A DNA stretch of 64,000 nt from an uncultured Chloroflexia bacterium (GCA_963774265.1 CAVZDU010000001.1:512001-576000), one strand, 5' to 3'; counted from the stretch's first letter, positions 19,910 through 29,792 are shown. Numbers and translations are program-made. The notes: generated from the letters alone by a model not told the origin.

Positions 19910-21175
19910 TTATGCGATCTCTCGGAGACACGCCAGGCAATAGTCAACTTCCTCACGCGTGTTGTAATGCGCCAGCCCCGCGCGCACGACCCCGCCGTGC
20001 TCCTCGATCCCCAGTCGTTCCGTCACGGCGATAGCATAGAAGTTGCCTGACCAGACATACACGCCGCGTCGCGCCAAATGTTCGGCGACTTCATCGGGGT
20101 GTCTTCCGGCGATCCGGAACGCGGCAGTCGGCGTCCGCGAGCCAAATCGGCCCGGGTCACTGATGCCGTAGAAGGTCAGGCCTGGGATGGCTAATAGCCC
20201 TTCAACGAAGGTCGTGAACAACTCGCGTTCGTAGCTTCTGATAGCGACCATCGCCTTCTTGAGCGCCAGGCGTCGACCGGTGAAGCCAGGGAACTGACCC
20301 GCCGCCGCATCCCCGCAGTGCGCTCCCACTTGCGCCAGGTAATCCACCGCGGCCATCACACCGGCCTGCGCTTCATGAATCTGGGTGCCGGTTTCGAACT
20401 TATCGGGCGCTCCGTCGCCGGCAGGGCGCACCTTGTATGCACGCAGACTCTCCAACAACTCGTGGCGTCCCCACAGTACACCCGAGTGCGGCCCAAAGAA
20501 TTTGTAGGGCGAGCATACCAGAAAGTCACAGCCGAGGGCCTGCACATCAACCGGTCCGTGGGGCACGTAGTGCACCGCGTCCACCCACAGGAGCGCGCCT
20601 GTCTTATGCACGACCTGTGCGATATCGGCGATGGGGTTGATGGTGCCGACCGCGTTGGACGCATAGCCGACCGCCACAAGTTTTGTTCGCGCGCTCAGCT
20701 TACTCTGCAGGTCGTCCAGTCGGAGGGTGCAATCGAGGGGATCGAAGTCGATCTCTTTGACGAGCACACCCTTCTCCGTCAGCGCCTGCCAGGGGGCGCG
20801 ATTCGCGTCGTGGTCGAGCCGCGTGATGAGAACTTCGTCGCCTTGCTTGAGGTCGCGTCCTAACGTGCGGCTCATCGCGAACGTCAGGGTGGTCATGTTG
20901 GGACCGAACACAATCTCGCGCGGTGAGGCCGCATTGAGCAGGTCGGCCATGGCCTCGTGCGCGGCGTGCAGCACTGCGTCACTCTCGCAACTGGTGCGGA
21001 ACGCGCCCCCGTGGTTGGCGTTTGTGTGGATCAGGTAGCGCGTCATGGCGTCGACCACCTGTTGCGGCACCTGCGTGCCACCCGGACCATCAAAGTAGAC
21101 CGCCGGTCGGCCAGCGTCAATGAGCGAAAGCGCCGGGAACTGGCCTCGGACAAAGGAAAGATCGAATTCTGACAT
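19910..21175 (-). CDS. Cysteine desulfurase-like protein (class V PLP aminotransferase)
   Basis: Start MSEFDLSFVRGQFPAL with GGAG RBS; YFDGPGGTQ, DHDAN, VDAVH, SPYKFFGPH and FETGT motifs. Confidence 0.88.
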   Translation of the reverse strand: MSEFDLSFVRGQFPALSLIDAGRPAVYFDGPGGTQVPQQVVDAMTRYLIHTNANHGGAFRTSCESDAVLHAAHEAMADLLNAASPREIVFGPNMTTLTFAMSRTLGRDLKQGDEVLITRLDHDANRAPWQALTEKGVLVKEIDFDPLDCTLRLDDLQSKLSARTKLVAVGYASNAVGTINPIADIAQVVHKTGALLWVDAVHYVPHGPVDVQALGCDFLVCSPYKFFGPHSGVLWGRHELLESLRAYKVRPAGDGAPDKFETGTQIHEAQAGVMAAVDYLAQVGAHCGDAAAGQFPGFTGRRLALKKAMVAIRSYERELFTTFVEGLLAIPGLTFYGISDPGRFGSRTPTAAFRIAGRHPDEVAEHLARRGVYVWSGNFYAIAVTERLGIEEHGGVVRAGLAHYNTREEVDYCLACLREIA

Positions 21176-21296
21176 ATCGTATCTCCTGAAGGGATGAAAG
21201 CACCATGATCTTACCGCCAGGCTGGCCGCCGGGCAAACAAGAGCGTGTGATATAATGACTTCGTGCTGTTCAGATATTGTCCGTGAGGTTGACCCC

Positions 21297-21890
21297 GTGG
21301 CAACCCAGGTTCGCCTGTTCGTCAGCGCCGCGCCGGCAGAGGATGGGGCGAGAGAACTTCTCGGTCGCGCCCTTGCGGAGTTTCCCGTCAACGTCGGCTG
21401 GATCATCAAGCGCACGCCGGATCTTGACTCTGTGGCTGAGTGTCACTTGTTTGTTCTGGTACTTGGCCGCGACATCGTCGCGCCGGTCGGCCTCGAACTG
21501 TGGTGGGCGCGGCGCACCGAGAAGCCAATCATGGGTTACGCGGCCGAAGGAAGCCGCACACCTGCCTGCCAGGTTTTCCTTCAAGACAATCTCCCCCTGG
21601 ATTGGCGCATGTATGGCAACCCCACAGGCCTGCGACGAGCATTTCTGCTCGACATGAGCCGTTTCCTGCTTGCGCACAGCGAGCGCTACGGCGTGACCGT
21701 TGTCGAAGTGGAGATTCTGCGTGGGTATATGACCCGCCTGGAAAAGTCGATATCCGTATCAGCTTCCCATGATCAGGCGGACGAAGGGCCACTGACCAAG
21801 GCACTCGGTGCGGGCGGAGGCGGGGTGATCCTCGCCCCCGGTAAGGACACGCCGCGTGGCGCGCGCGTCATAGGTGAGGATAAGTCCTGA
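21297..21890 (+). CDS. Hypothetical protein, possible DUF4062/TIR-like alpha/beta fold
   Basis: RLFVS, CHLFVLVLG and GLEL..AR pattern; TGATATAAT extended -10 at 21248-21256 and GAGG before GTG 21297. Confidence 0.5.
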   Translation: MATQVRLFVSAAPAEDGARELLGRALAEFPVNVGWIIKRTPDLDSVAECHLFVLVLGRDIVAPVGLELWWARRTEKPIMGYAAEGSRTPACQVFLQDNLPLDWRMYGNPTGLRRAFLLDMSRFLLAHSERYGVTVVEVEILRGYMTRLEKSISVSASHDQADEGPLTKALGAGGGGVILAPGKDTPRGARVIGEDKS

Positions 21891-21897
21891 CTACGGC

Positions 21898-23761
21898 ATG
21901 AACACCCCATCCAAACTTTCGACGGGCTCGACGCCACCTCCATCGCCCATCGTGGCGCGCCTCCGTGCTCACCGGCTAAGCAGTCCTGTGGATCGCCATT
22001 TGTGGCTTGCGCTGCTGCTGACCCTGCCGGCGATGCTGACATTGCTCGCGCCCGGTTATTTCATGAAGGCGCACGATGCGCGGCACAGCATCTTCTTTCT
22101 CGTTGAGTTTGACCAGAGTATTCGTGAGGGTGCGCTGTGGCCCATTTGGGGGCCGGATCACTCTGTCGGTTTTGGCTACCCAACATTCCTGGTCTACGCG
22201 CCCCTGGCTTACTATGTTGGTGAGGTCTTCCATCTGCTCGGCATGGGCTTCGCGGCTGCGATCAAAGCCACCTGGGCGCTTGGGTTCTTGGTCGGCGCCG
22301 CAGGCGCCTATCGGCTCGCCCGGTGTTGGTTCAGACCGGCGATCGCACTGGTCGCCAGCCTGGCTTTCACCTACGCCCCTTATCACTTGTCACAGATCTA
22401 TGTTCGCGCCGCACTGGCCGAGTTCATGGCGCTGGCCTGGCTGCCCTGGACGGCGCTGGCAATGCTGCTCTTGTGGGACGATCCCCGTCCGCGTCGGCGC
22501 CGCGCTTGTCGCCCTGTCACTGGCCGCCCTGATGCTGTTCCACACGGTGTCAACATTGACTTTCGTTCCCTTGTTGGCCGGTCTGTTGATCGTAGTGTTC
22601 TGGCGGGACTGGAGGCAAGGACGACCATCGGGGCGTGGTTTGTTCGCACGGATCCGCGAACCGGCGGCCGTTTGGACACTACTTGCCTTGACACTGGCCG
22701 GGCTGCTTGCCTGCATCTTCTTTGTTCCTCTGCTGCTGGATCGGGCCGGCGTGGCCGAATGGCAGTGGGTGAACGAAACCTATAGCTACCGCCTGCACTT
22801 CGTTTACCCCAGTCAGTTCCTCGACCCGACATGGGGCTACGGCTATTCGGTCGAAGGACCGGGCGATGGGATGAGTTTTCAGGTCGGCATCGTGACATTC
22901 CTGCTGGCCGTCTTGGGCGCCGCTGCAGGGCTGAGCAAGCGGCGTGGGCATCCGATGCCACGGGCGCTTGCCGCGTATTTCGTGGTGGCAACGGTGATCG
23001 CGATCTTCATGATGACGCCCCTGGCCGGACGGCTATGGGATGTCCTGCCGCTCGTTGCAATGATCCAGTTCCCTTGGCGGTTACTGTCGGTCACGGTGTT
23101 TACCGGCGCACTCCTCGCGGCGCGCGGTGTGGACTGGCTAAGCAGCCGCGATCATGTGAGTACAGAAGGATCCGTCAGTCCTTTTGTGTATGGCATCTGT
23201 CTGGCATTGGTGCTGAGCAGTATGCCGTTCACCCGACCCGTCCTTGTCCCGTTGCGGCCGGCAGACGAAAGCCCGCTTGCCGTCTTGGATTTCGAGATGA
23301 CTTACCCCGATATGCGCGGCATGACGAGCTTTTCCGAACGTCTGCCCGCCGACGAGGATTCACCGCTAATCGCCCAGTATCTCGCCGGTCAGCCGCTCCA
23401 GAAAGCAACTATCGCTTCAGGTGCAGGTGAGATCCTGGAACAGGAGGCGGGCGCGCTCTTTGCGCGGGCACGGGTGCGATCGGATGCTCCCATAACCCTG
23501 CGCTTCTACACGTATTTCTTCGCGGGTTGGCGTGCGACGATAGACGGTACTCCTGTCGTGATCCGACCGGATGGGCCGAACGGCTTGATCGCCCTGGATG
23601 TGCCATCGGGAGAGCACGAGGTGGTCGTACGTTTCGGGTCGACGCCTCCCAGGGTGGCCGGGGCCCTACTTTCCGGGCTGGGGCTTGTTGGCGTCGCGCT
23701 GCTGTTTGCGCTGGAACGGAGAAAGTCAGCCCTTATGGGTGGACATGCGAATTTGCGTTAG
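21898..23761 (+). CDS. Second PTPS-related GT-C-like membrane protein (frameshift near 22498)
   Basis: HDARH, GFGYP..YAPL and PYH..YVRAALAE, then after a +1 shift QFPWR and YFFAGW; clear paralog of 13906-15849. Confidence 0.8.
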
Positions 23762-23791
23762 TTATCACTGATTATTATAATCTATTTACAT

Positions 23792-24919
23792 ATGAGCCAA
23801 CCGGAGCCACCCCGGCCATTATACGGCCAACAACGGAGTTGTCCCCATTGCGGGACACGAGTTGCTCAGAAAGCGGAATCCTGTTTCTTCTGCGGTGCAG
23901 TTCTCGAAACCGCGCCGCGTCGTCGTTTGCGTTTGCCCTGGGCTGATCTCTTCCTTTTCGCTGCCATTGCTGGCGTGTTAGCCGTCTGGTGGTTGCACGC
24001 ACCTGAGTCGCCGGACTCGCGGCAGGATGTCCTCAGCACTCAACGAACGGTCGAGACGCCGACAGTCGCTATGGTGGCAGCACTTGAGTTGGACGACCCA
24101 ACCGCCACGCCCCAGCCCACGCCGATGCCCACTGCGACCACAGTTCCCACCGAGACATTTGTTCCTGTCCCGCTCACGCCGGTGGGTCCGGTCCGCCACA
24201 AAGTCAAGTCAGGCGATACGGTGTCCGCTATCGCGGCCCTCTACGGCTCGACCAGCGGCGAAGTAATCCAGGCAAACGGTTTGAGTGCCGATGGCCGGCT
24301 GAGTGTCGGCCAGGAACTGCTGATACCCGGGGCCGGCGGGTCAGGGGGCGCCGGGCCAACCACGACGCCGGGACCGGCTGGCCTGATGGTCACCGTGAAG
24401 TCTGGCGACACGATTAGCGGGTTGGCAGAACGCCACCAATCACGGATCGATTGGATCATGCAGGCAAACGGCATCAAGGCGGGCGAGACGCTGCACATCG
24501 GGCGCGCTCTCCTGATACCCTTGATTCCTGCAACACCCACCCCGACGCCGACAATCCCTACGACACCGCTACCCGACACGCCCACAGCGACCCCGGGATT
24601 GGCAGCGCCACAACTCCTGACGCCTGGTGATGCGGCGACCATTGCCGGTGAAGACTCGGTGTTGCTGAGTTGGACATCTGTGGGTGTGCTGGCGCCGGAA
24701 GAGTGGTATGTGGTGACGCTCAAGTCACCGGAGAAAGAGACGTCGATCGCCACGTGGTGGACGAAGAGCACCTCTTGGCGGTTGCCCGCGGAGTATCGTC
24801 CAACCGGCAGCGCGGGGGTGGATTACACCTGGCGCGTGCAGGTTCGCAAGGGCGGCGCGGACCAGCCAGGCGAAACCGTCAGTCCGCCGAGCGCAGGACG
24901 GCGCTTCACCTGGCGCTAA
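23792..24919 (+). CDS. Zinc ribbon, TM, two LysM domains and C-terminal beta-sandwich protein
   Basis: CPHC/CFFC; HKVKSGDT and VTVKSGDT LysM repeats; promoter TTGCGT-17-TATAAT at 23753-23781. Confidence 0.85.
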   Translation: MSQPEPPRPLYGQQRSCPHCGTRVAQKAESCFFCGAVLETAPRRRLRLPWADLFLFAAIAGVLAVWWLHAPESPDSRQDVLSTQRTVETPTVAMVAALELDDPTATPQPTPMPTATTVPTETFVPVPLTPVGPVRHKVKSGDTVSAIAALYGSTSGEVIQANGLSADGRLSVGQELLIPGAGGSGGAGPTTTPGPAGLMVTVKSGDTISGLAERHQSRIDWIMQANGIKAGETLHIGRALLIPLIPATPTPTPTIPTTPLPDTPTATPGLAAPQLLTPGDAATIAGEDSVLLSWTSVGVLAPEEWYVVTLKSPEKETSIATWWTKSTSWRLPAEYRPTGSAGVDYTWRVQVRKGGADQPGETVSPPSAGRRFTWR

Positions 24920-25631
24920 ACACCCCGTACAGATTCAGGTTTCCCTCGTGGCCATCGGAGAAAAAGGTCTCGGTGCAAATCAGACCGGCTTCGGTGGCCG
25001 TAGTTTTTAGCGCTGGCTCGTCGATGAAGGCGCAGTAGCGCAGGCCGGGTGCACCCTCCCCCCAACCCATGAGGTGGTCCCCTGATTCTACGCTGTTTTC
25101 CGATATCCCGGCCACTTCCCATGGTGCTATACGCCTACGTAGTCGCTCCGACGTCATAAACTGCCAGGTTGAGATGATCAGGCAGCGGTCGGGCGCGAGC
25201 AGGTCTGCACACTGCCTTAGGAATCGTCTTCGATTTTGGGCGCCGGGGATGTGGTGCAAAACAGCGAGACTGACCAGTGAGTCGAACGTGCCCGTGATCG
25301 TCTGGGTCCAGTCATCAGTGAACAGGTCCGAGACGATGAAGTGCGAGGGAATTTGAGGATGCGCCTGCGCGGTCGAAAGCGCCTGCAGGAGGAGGTTCTC
25401 GCTGCTGTCCACTCCCGTATACTTCCCCTGCCAATTGTTTGCGCCCAGGAAGCCGAGTAACCGGGCATTCCCGCAGCCTAAATCCAATACGTTGGAAGCA
25501 GTCTGCAGATAAGGTAGAATACGATCAAAGCCCGGGGGCCAGGACCGGCGCGTGCGGGCAAAATCGCCGGCGAACTGGGTATAAAACTGTCGATTCAGCG
25601 TCAAGAGCGCTGCGACGGTCTGAGGTTGCAT
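24906..25631 (-). CDS. Class I SAM-dependent methyltransferase, Trm9/ALKBH8-like
   Basis: FY..FA.DF..TR..W, LDLGCGN, FD..VSLAVLHH...RR, LIISTW and RYCAF motifs. Confidence 0.8.
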   Translation of the reverse strand: MQPQTVAALLTLNRQFYTQFAGDFARTRRSWPPGFDRILPYLQTASNVLDLGCGNARLLGFLGANNWQGKYTGVDSSENLLLQALSTAQAHPQIPSHFIVSDLFTDDWTQTITGTFDSLVSLAVLHHIPGAQNRRRFLRQCADLLAPDRCLIISTWQFMTSERLRRRIAPWEVAGISENSVESGDHLMGWGEGAPGLRYCAFIDEPALKTTATEAGLICTETFFSDGHEGNLNLYGVFSAR

Positions 25632-27360
25632 GGATACTAAGACTCAACAGACGTGGCGGCCTCGCGGCCGTGACTTCGACGTAGCGCAACATAGAGAGAC
25701 GCTGCAGTCGATCTTCGATGCTGTGCGACACGCGCGGCACTGGGATGGGCACAGCTTGTCGCGCATCTTAGCACAGCATCCGCGGGTCGACAAGGCCTCG
25801 GTCGCGGCCGGGGAGAACGGCTACTACTCGAAGATTGACCTGGTGCAGGCCTACAAACAGCTTACCTCGACGGGTGAGTTGCCCTTCGAGCGGCATGTAA
25901 TGCGCCGATTGCAGATGAAGCCGGTCCGGACCTCATCGGGCGTGGCGCCCGTCACGGTGTTGACCAGGCCCGCCGGTTGTCCAGGGCATTGCATTTTCTG
26001 CCCGGACGCCGAGGGTATGCCAAAAAGCTATCTGCCGAACGAGCCGGGTGCGCGTCGCGCAGCTCAGTGCGAATTTGACCCGTACCGGCAGGTGATGACA
26101 CGTCTTGCGACATTCAAGGCCATGGGCCACACCGCCGACAAGGTGGAGTTGTTGATTCTCGGCGGCACTTGGAGCGCTTACACCAGGCCGTATCGCCAAT
26201 GGTTCGTGCAGCGCTGTCTGCAGGCGATGAATGAAGCCGCGGGAGAACCAGCGTCGCCGGACAGCAGCGTCGCAGGTACTGAAGCCGTCGACTGGCCGGT
26301 CTTGCAGGCAACGCAGGCAATGAATGAGCATGCCGTGCATCGCAACGTCGGGCTGGTGGTGGAAACTCGCCCGGATTGGGTGACTCCGGCTGAGGTCACT
26401 CACATGCGCCGGCTCGGCGTGACAAAGGTCCAACTGGGCGTGCAGAGCCTCGATGACCGTATCCTGGCGCTTAATCAAAGGGGGCACGACGTGGCTGCTG
26501 TGCGTCGCGCAGTTCGTCTGCTCCGCGCGGGAGGGTTCAAGTTGCACTTGCACTGGATGCCCAATCTCCTTGGCGCCACGCCTGAATCGGATCGGGAGGA
26601 CTTTGATCGCCTGTGGTCGGACCCTGCACTTCGGCCTGACGAGCTTAAGATTTATCCCTGCTCCATCATCGAAGGGACTACCCTGTATGACCTGTGGCAA
26701 GCGGGTCACTTCAGGCCCTATACGGATGATGAACTGGTCGCGTTGGTGGCCGATTGCAAGGTGACGATTCCGCCATATTGCCGGGTCAACCGGGTGTTCC
26801 GTGATATTCCGGCTGATGACATTGTGGCCGGCAGCAAACGTTCCAATCTCAGGCAATTGGTGCAGGGGCACCTTTCCCAGGGCGGGAGGCGCTGCATCTG
26901 TATCCGCTGTCGTGAGATTCGCGATACGCGCTTCGGCGAGAGCGACCTGGCGTTGGCCGGGTATGACTATGACACGGACACGACGCGCGAGCACTTCTTG
27001 AGTTATGACACTCCAGACGGCCGTCTCGCCGGCTTCTTGCGCCTGTCACTGCCCCGCATCGGATCGGACGGCTCAGTTCCACCGGAAGTTGCTGAGGTGT
27101 GGACTGCCATGCCCGAGATTGCCGGAACGGCCATGATTCGCGAGGTGCATGTGTACGGTCCGGCTTTGAGTATTGGCTCGGATAACGCTGGCGAAGCGCA
27201 GCACTCGGGTCTTGGGCGCCAACTCATCGAGGAGGCCAAGCAGCGCGCGCGTGTGGCCGGTTTTGACCGCCTGGCCGTGATTTCAGCAATCGGCACGCGC
27301 CGCTACTACGAGGTCCAGGGCTTTGAGCGCTTTGATCTCTACATGGTTGCTTCGCTTTAG
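25630..27360 (+). CDS. elp3: Elp3-family radical SAM/KAT tRNA U34 acetyltransferase
   Basis: KPVRT.SGV, CPGHCIFCP, PKSY, GGT, ETRPD, LGVQS, LKIYP, R..RDIP, C.CIRCRE, IREVHVYG, QH.G.G and ISAIGTR.YY motifs. Confidence 0.93.
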   Translation: MDTKTQQTWRPRGRDFDVAQHRETLQSIFDAVRHARHWDGHSLSRILAQHPRVDKASVAAGENGYYSKIDLVQAYKQLTSTGELPFERHVMRRLQMKPVRTSSGVAPVTVLTRPAGCPGHCIFCPDAEGMPKSYLPNEPGARRAAQCEFDPYRQVMTRLATFKAMGHTADKVELLILGGTWSAYTRPYRQWFVQRCLQAMNEAAGEPASPDSSVAGTEAVDWPVLQATQAMNEHAVHRNVGLVVETRPDWVTPAEVTHMRRLGVTKVQLGVQSLDDRILALNQRGHDVAAVRRAVRLLRAGGFKLHLHWMPNLLGATPESDREDFDRLWSDPALRPDELKIYPCSIIEGTTLYDLWQAGHFRPYTDDELVALVADCKVTIPPYCRVNRVFRDIPADDIVAGSKRSNLRQLVQGHLSQGGRRCICIRCREIRDTRFGESDLALAGYDYDTDTTREHFLSYDTPDGRLAGFLRLSLPRIGSDGSVPPEVAEVWTAMPEIAGTAMIREVHVYGPALSIGSDNAGEAQHSGLGRQLIEEAKQRARVAGFDRLAVISAIGTRRYYEVQGFERFDLYMVASL

Positions 27361-27473
27361 CATGGGTCAATGGCGCCGGAACTGTTTTTGATGGACGGTC
27401 CGATATGCTATACTTGCGCTGTTTTATGAGGCGAGCGTGAGCCCACCAATTGCACGGAAAGAAGGAGCAACAC

Positions 27474-27695
27474 ATGAACGCTGGGAAGTTCCTGGAGGGC
27501 CTGGTGTTGGGTGCGTTGACCGGCGCGGCGATGACCTTGTTGATGGCGCCTGAGTCAGGCAAGGACATGCAAGAGACGATCAAGCAGCGGTTCAATATGG
27601 TGGTTGACGAGGGCAAGCGCGCCTCGGCGGAACGACGCGCGGAACTCGAATCTCAGTTCGCCCAGGCCCGGCAGTCCGCTCGGCCGATCCTGTAA
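27474..27695 (+). CDS. YtxH domain protein
   Basis: FL.GLVLGAL.GAA..LL.AP.SG pattern; AAGGAG RBS. Confidence 0.8.
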   Translation: MNAGKFLEGLVLGALTGAAMTLLMAPESGKDMQETIKQRFNMVVDEGKRASAERRAELESQFAQARQSARPIL

Positions 27696-27743
27696 GGGGA
27701 GATCCGATAGACGCAGCCACGGGCTGATGAGGGAGGCATACTC

Positions 27744-28499
27744 TTGTTGACCGGTAAGCTGGAGGCCGCGCAGGCGCGCATTCGCGACCGCTGGTACCCT
27801 CACTTCTCATGGCTCGTAAATGATGAGACCCCATGGGTTGATTGCACCAAGCCATTGGCTGATTCAGCGTTCGCGTTGATCAGCACCTGCGGGGTCTATT
27901 GCGCCGACAGCCAGTTGCCTTTCGACGCCTGGAACGATCTCGGGGATTCGTCGTTCCGCGAGATTAATCTGGACACGCCTTCCGATCGGCTTGCGATTGC
28001 TCACACACATTACGACCATAAGCAGGTGGCCGCTGATGTAAACGTTGCATTTCCCATTGCGCACTTCCGGCGGCTGGCGGACGAAAAGGTGATCAAGCGG
28101 CTCCATCCCTGGGCTTATAGCTTCATGGGATACTTGCCTGAGCCGCATCAATTAATCACCCGATCGGGCCCGCAGGTTGCCCGGCGTCTCGCTGTCGAGG
28201 GGGTTGATGCGGTGTTTCTGACGCCGTGTTGACCGATCTGTCAACAGTCCGTGGGACTGATTGCTCGGGCCATCGAGGCGGAAGGTATTCCAACTGTGTG
28301 CGTGGTGATGAATCGCGACATCGCGGAAAACGTGGGCATTCCACGTGCACTCTTTGTGCGCTTTCCCTATGGCGCCCCGCTTGGCCCCGCAGGCAGCCCC
28401 GACACGCAGATGGCGGTGATCCGCGATGCGCTTGCCCTGTTGATGTCCGCCACCGCGCCGGGTACAGTTGTTGAATCTACGGTCGAATGGCCGGAGTAA
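27744..28499 (+). CDS. Selenoprotein, GrdB/PrdB-like reductase selenoprotein B family (Sec at TGA 28230-28232)
   Basis: ORFs 27744-28232 and 28251-28499 share a frame. Read-through gives VDAVFLTPC-U-PICQQSVGLIARAIEAEGIPTV. HTHYD..ADVN..FP and FPYGAPLG motifs; downstream hairpin. Confidence 0.88.
28233..28268 (+). promoter_or_regulatory. Candidate bacterial SECIS element
   Basis: CCGA..CAA-CAGTCC-GTG-GGACTG-A-TTG..TCGG directly 3' of UGA; G-first apical loop 18 nt after the UGA. Confidence 0.7.
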
Positions 28500-28524
28500 T
28501 CTTGCATCACATATAGGAGAAACC

Positions 28525-28779
28525 ATGCGGATCACGATCGAATTCTGCGTGGCGTGAAACTACACGCCTCGGGCCGCCAGTTTGGCGGAAACGCTGGCTA
28601 ACACGTTCAAGCCGGTCGTCGGAGGACGACACCCTATTGAAGCGATCGTGCTTGTTCCCTCCGGCAACGGTCGGTACGAAGTTACAATCGACGACGAATT
28701 AGTCTATTCTAAGGCGGCCACCGGCGTACATACGACTAACGATTTCATCGTCGACAAGGTGCGTGCACGGCTGAAGTAA
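28525..28779 (+). CDS. Selenoprotein, SelW/SelT/SelH (Rdx) family (Sec at TGA 28555-28557)
   Basis: AGGAGA RBS; MRITIEFCVA-U-NYTPRAASLAE (CxxU), then G.YEV..D.ELVYSK. Confidence 0.9.
28574..28588 (+). promoter_or_regulatory. Candidate bacterial SECIS apical hairpin
   Basis: CCGCCA-GTT-TGGCGG; G-first loop 22 nt after the UGA. Confidence 0.6.
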
Positions 28780-28853
28780 CCCGATAACCTGAGCCGTGAT
28801 CGATTTCTCGCTGATAATCACAAACGGCGTCATGCCAGAGGGGGAACGCGTTC

Positions 28854-29780
28854 ATGGCGGGTGAAACTTGCTGCGTGTGCAATAAATCGGTCACTGGCGC
28901 GGCCAGGATGCTTGGTGGCCGGGCGTTTTGCGAAGATCACTACGCTCGGGTGGGCCAGAATCGCCGCGGTATGTGGTTGGCCATCCTGATCCTGATTATC
29001 GGCCTCGCCGCGTTCGTCGCGGCGGTGTTTTACGCTGCGCCGGCCGTGCGCACAAATCTGCAGGGCCCACTGCTCACCATCGTCGGCCTCCTGCTGGCCC
29101 TGGTCCCGGCAGCGGTGTGGTTGAGCGTGTTCTATCTTCAGGATCGCGCCGAGCCGGAGCCGAAACAATTCGTCCTCGGTGTTTTCATCTTGGGCACATT
29201 GCTGGCGGCAGCAGTCGGCCAGCCCCTGATCCAGGGTGTATTTGGGATCAACCAGTGGGCTGGCAGCAGTCTCTTCCTGCGGCTGCTAGCGGGCATCTGC
29301 ATCGTGGGCATCACGCAGGAATTCCTCAAATACGCCGCTGTCCGGTACAGCATCTTCCGCAGCGTGGAATTCGACGAGCGCATCGATGGCATCATCTATG
29401 GCGCCGCCGCTGGTTTGGGCTATGCGACTTTCCTAAACGTCCAGTATGTCCTGCAGAACGGCGGCGTCGATCTGGGCATCGGCGCGGTGCGCATCGCCGT
29501 CCTCGCGTTGGCACATGCTTCATTTGCCGGTATTACTGGCTACTTCTTGGGTCGTGCCAAATTCGAGAACCGCGGCCCCTTCTGGCTTCCGGCTGGCCTG
29601 CTGCTAGCGGCGATTCTGAACGGCGTCGTCAGCACGCTCATCAGCGAGATCACGCGTAGTGGTCTGCGTCCGACCCCGTTGAACGGATTGATATTTGCCG
29701 CGGTCGTAGCTGCGACCACCTTCATCATCCTGTTCGTCATCATGCAACGTAGCGCGCGGCCCGGCGCCGCTTCTGCGTAA
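28854..29780 (+). CDS. prsW: PrsW-family intramembrane protease with N-terminal Zn-finger-like motif
   Basis: EPEP, QEFLK, DGIIYG..GLGYA..N and HASF motifs; N-terminal CxxC...CxxH. Confidence 0.8.
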   Translation: MAGETCCVCNKSVTGAARMLGGRAFCEDHYARVGQNRRGMWLAILILIIGLAAFVAAVFYAAPAVRTNLQGPLLTIVGLLLALVPAAVWLSVFYLQDRAEPEPKQFVLGVFILGTLLAAAVGQPLIQGVFGINQWAGSSLFLRLLAGICIVGITQEFLKYAAVRYSIFRSVEFDERIDGIIYGAAAGLGYATFLNVQYVLQNGGVDLGIGAVRIAVLALAHASFAGITGYFLGRAKFENRGPFWLPAGLLLAAILNGVVSTLISEITRSGLRPTPLNGLIFAAVVAATTFIILFVIMQRSARPGAASA

Positions 29781-29792
29781 AGGAATAACTCG

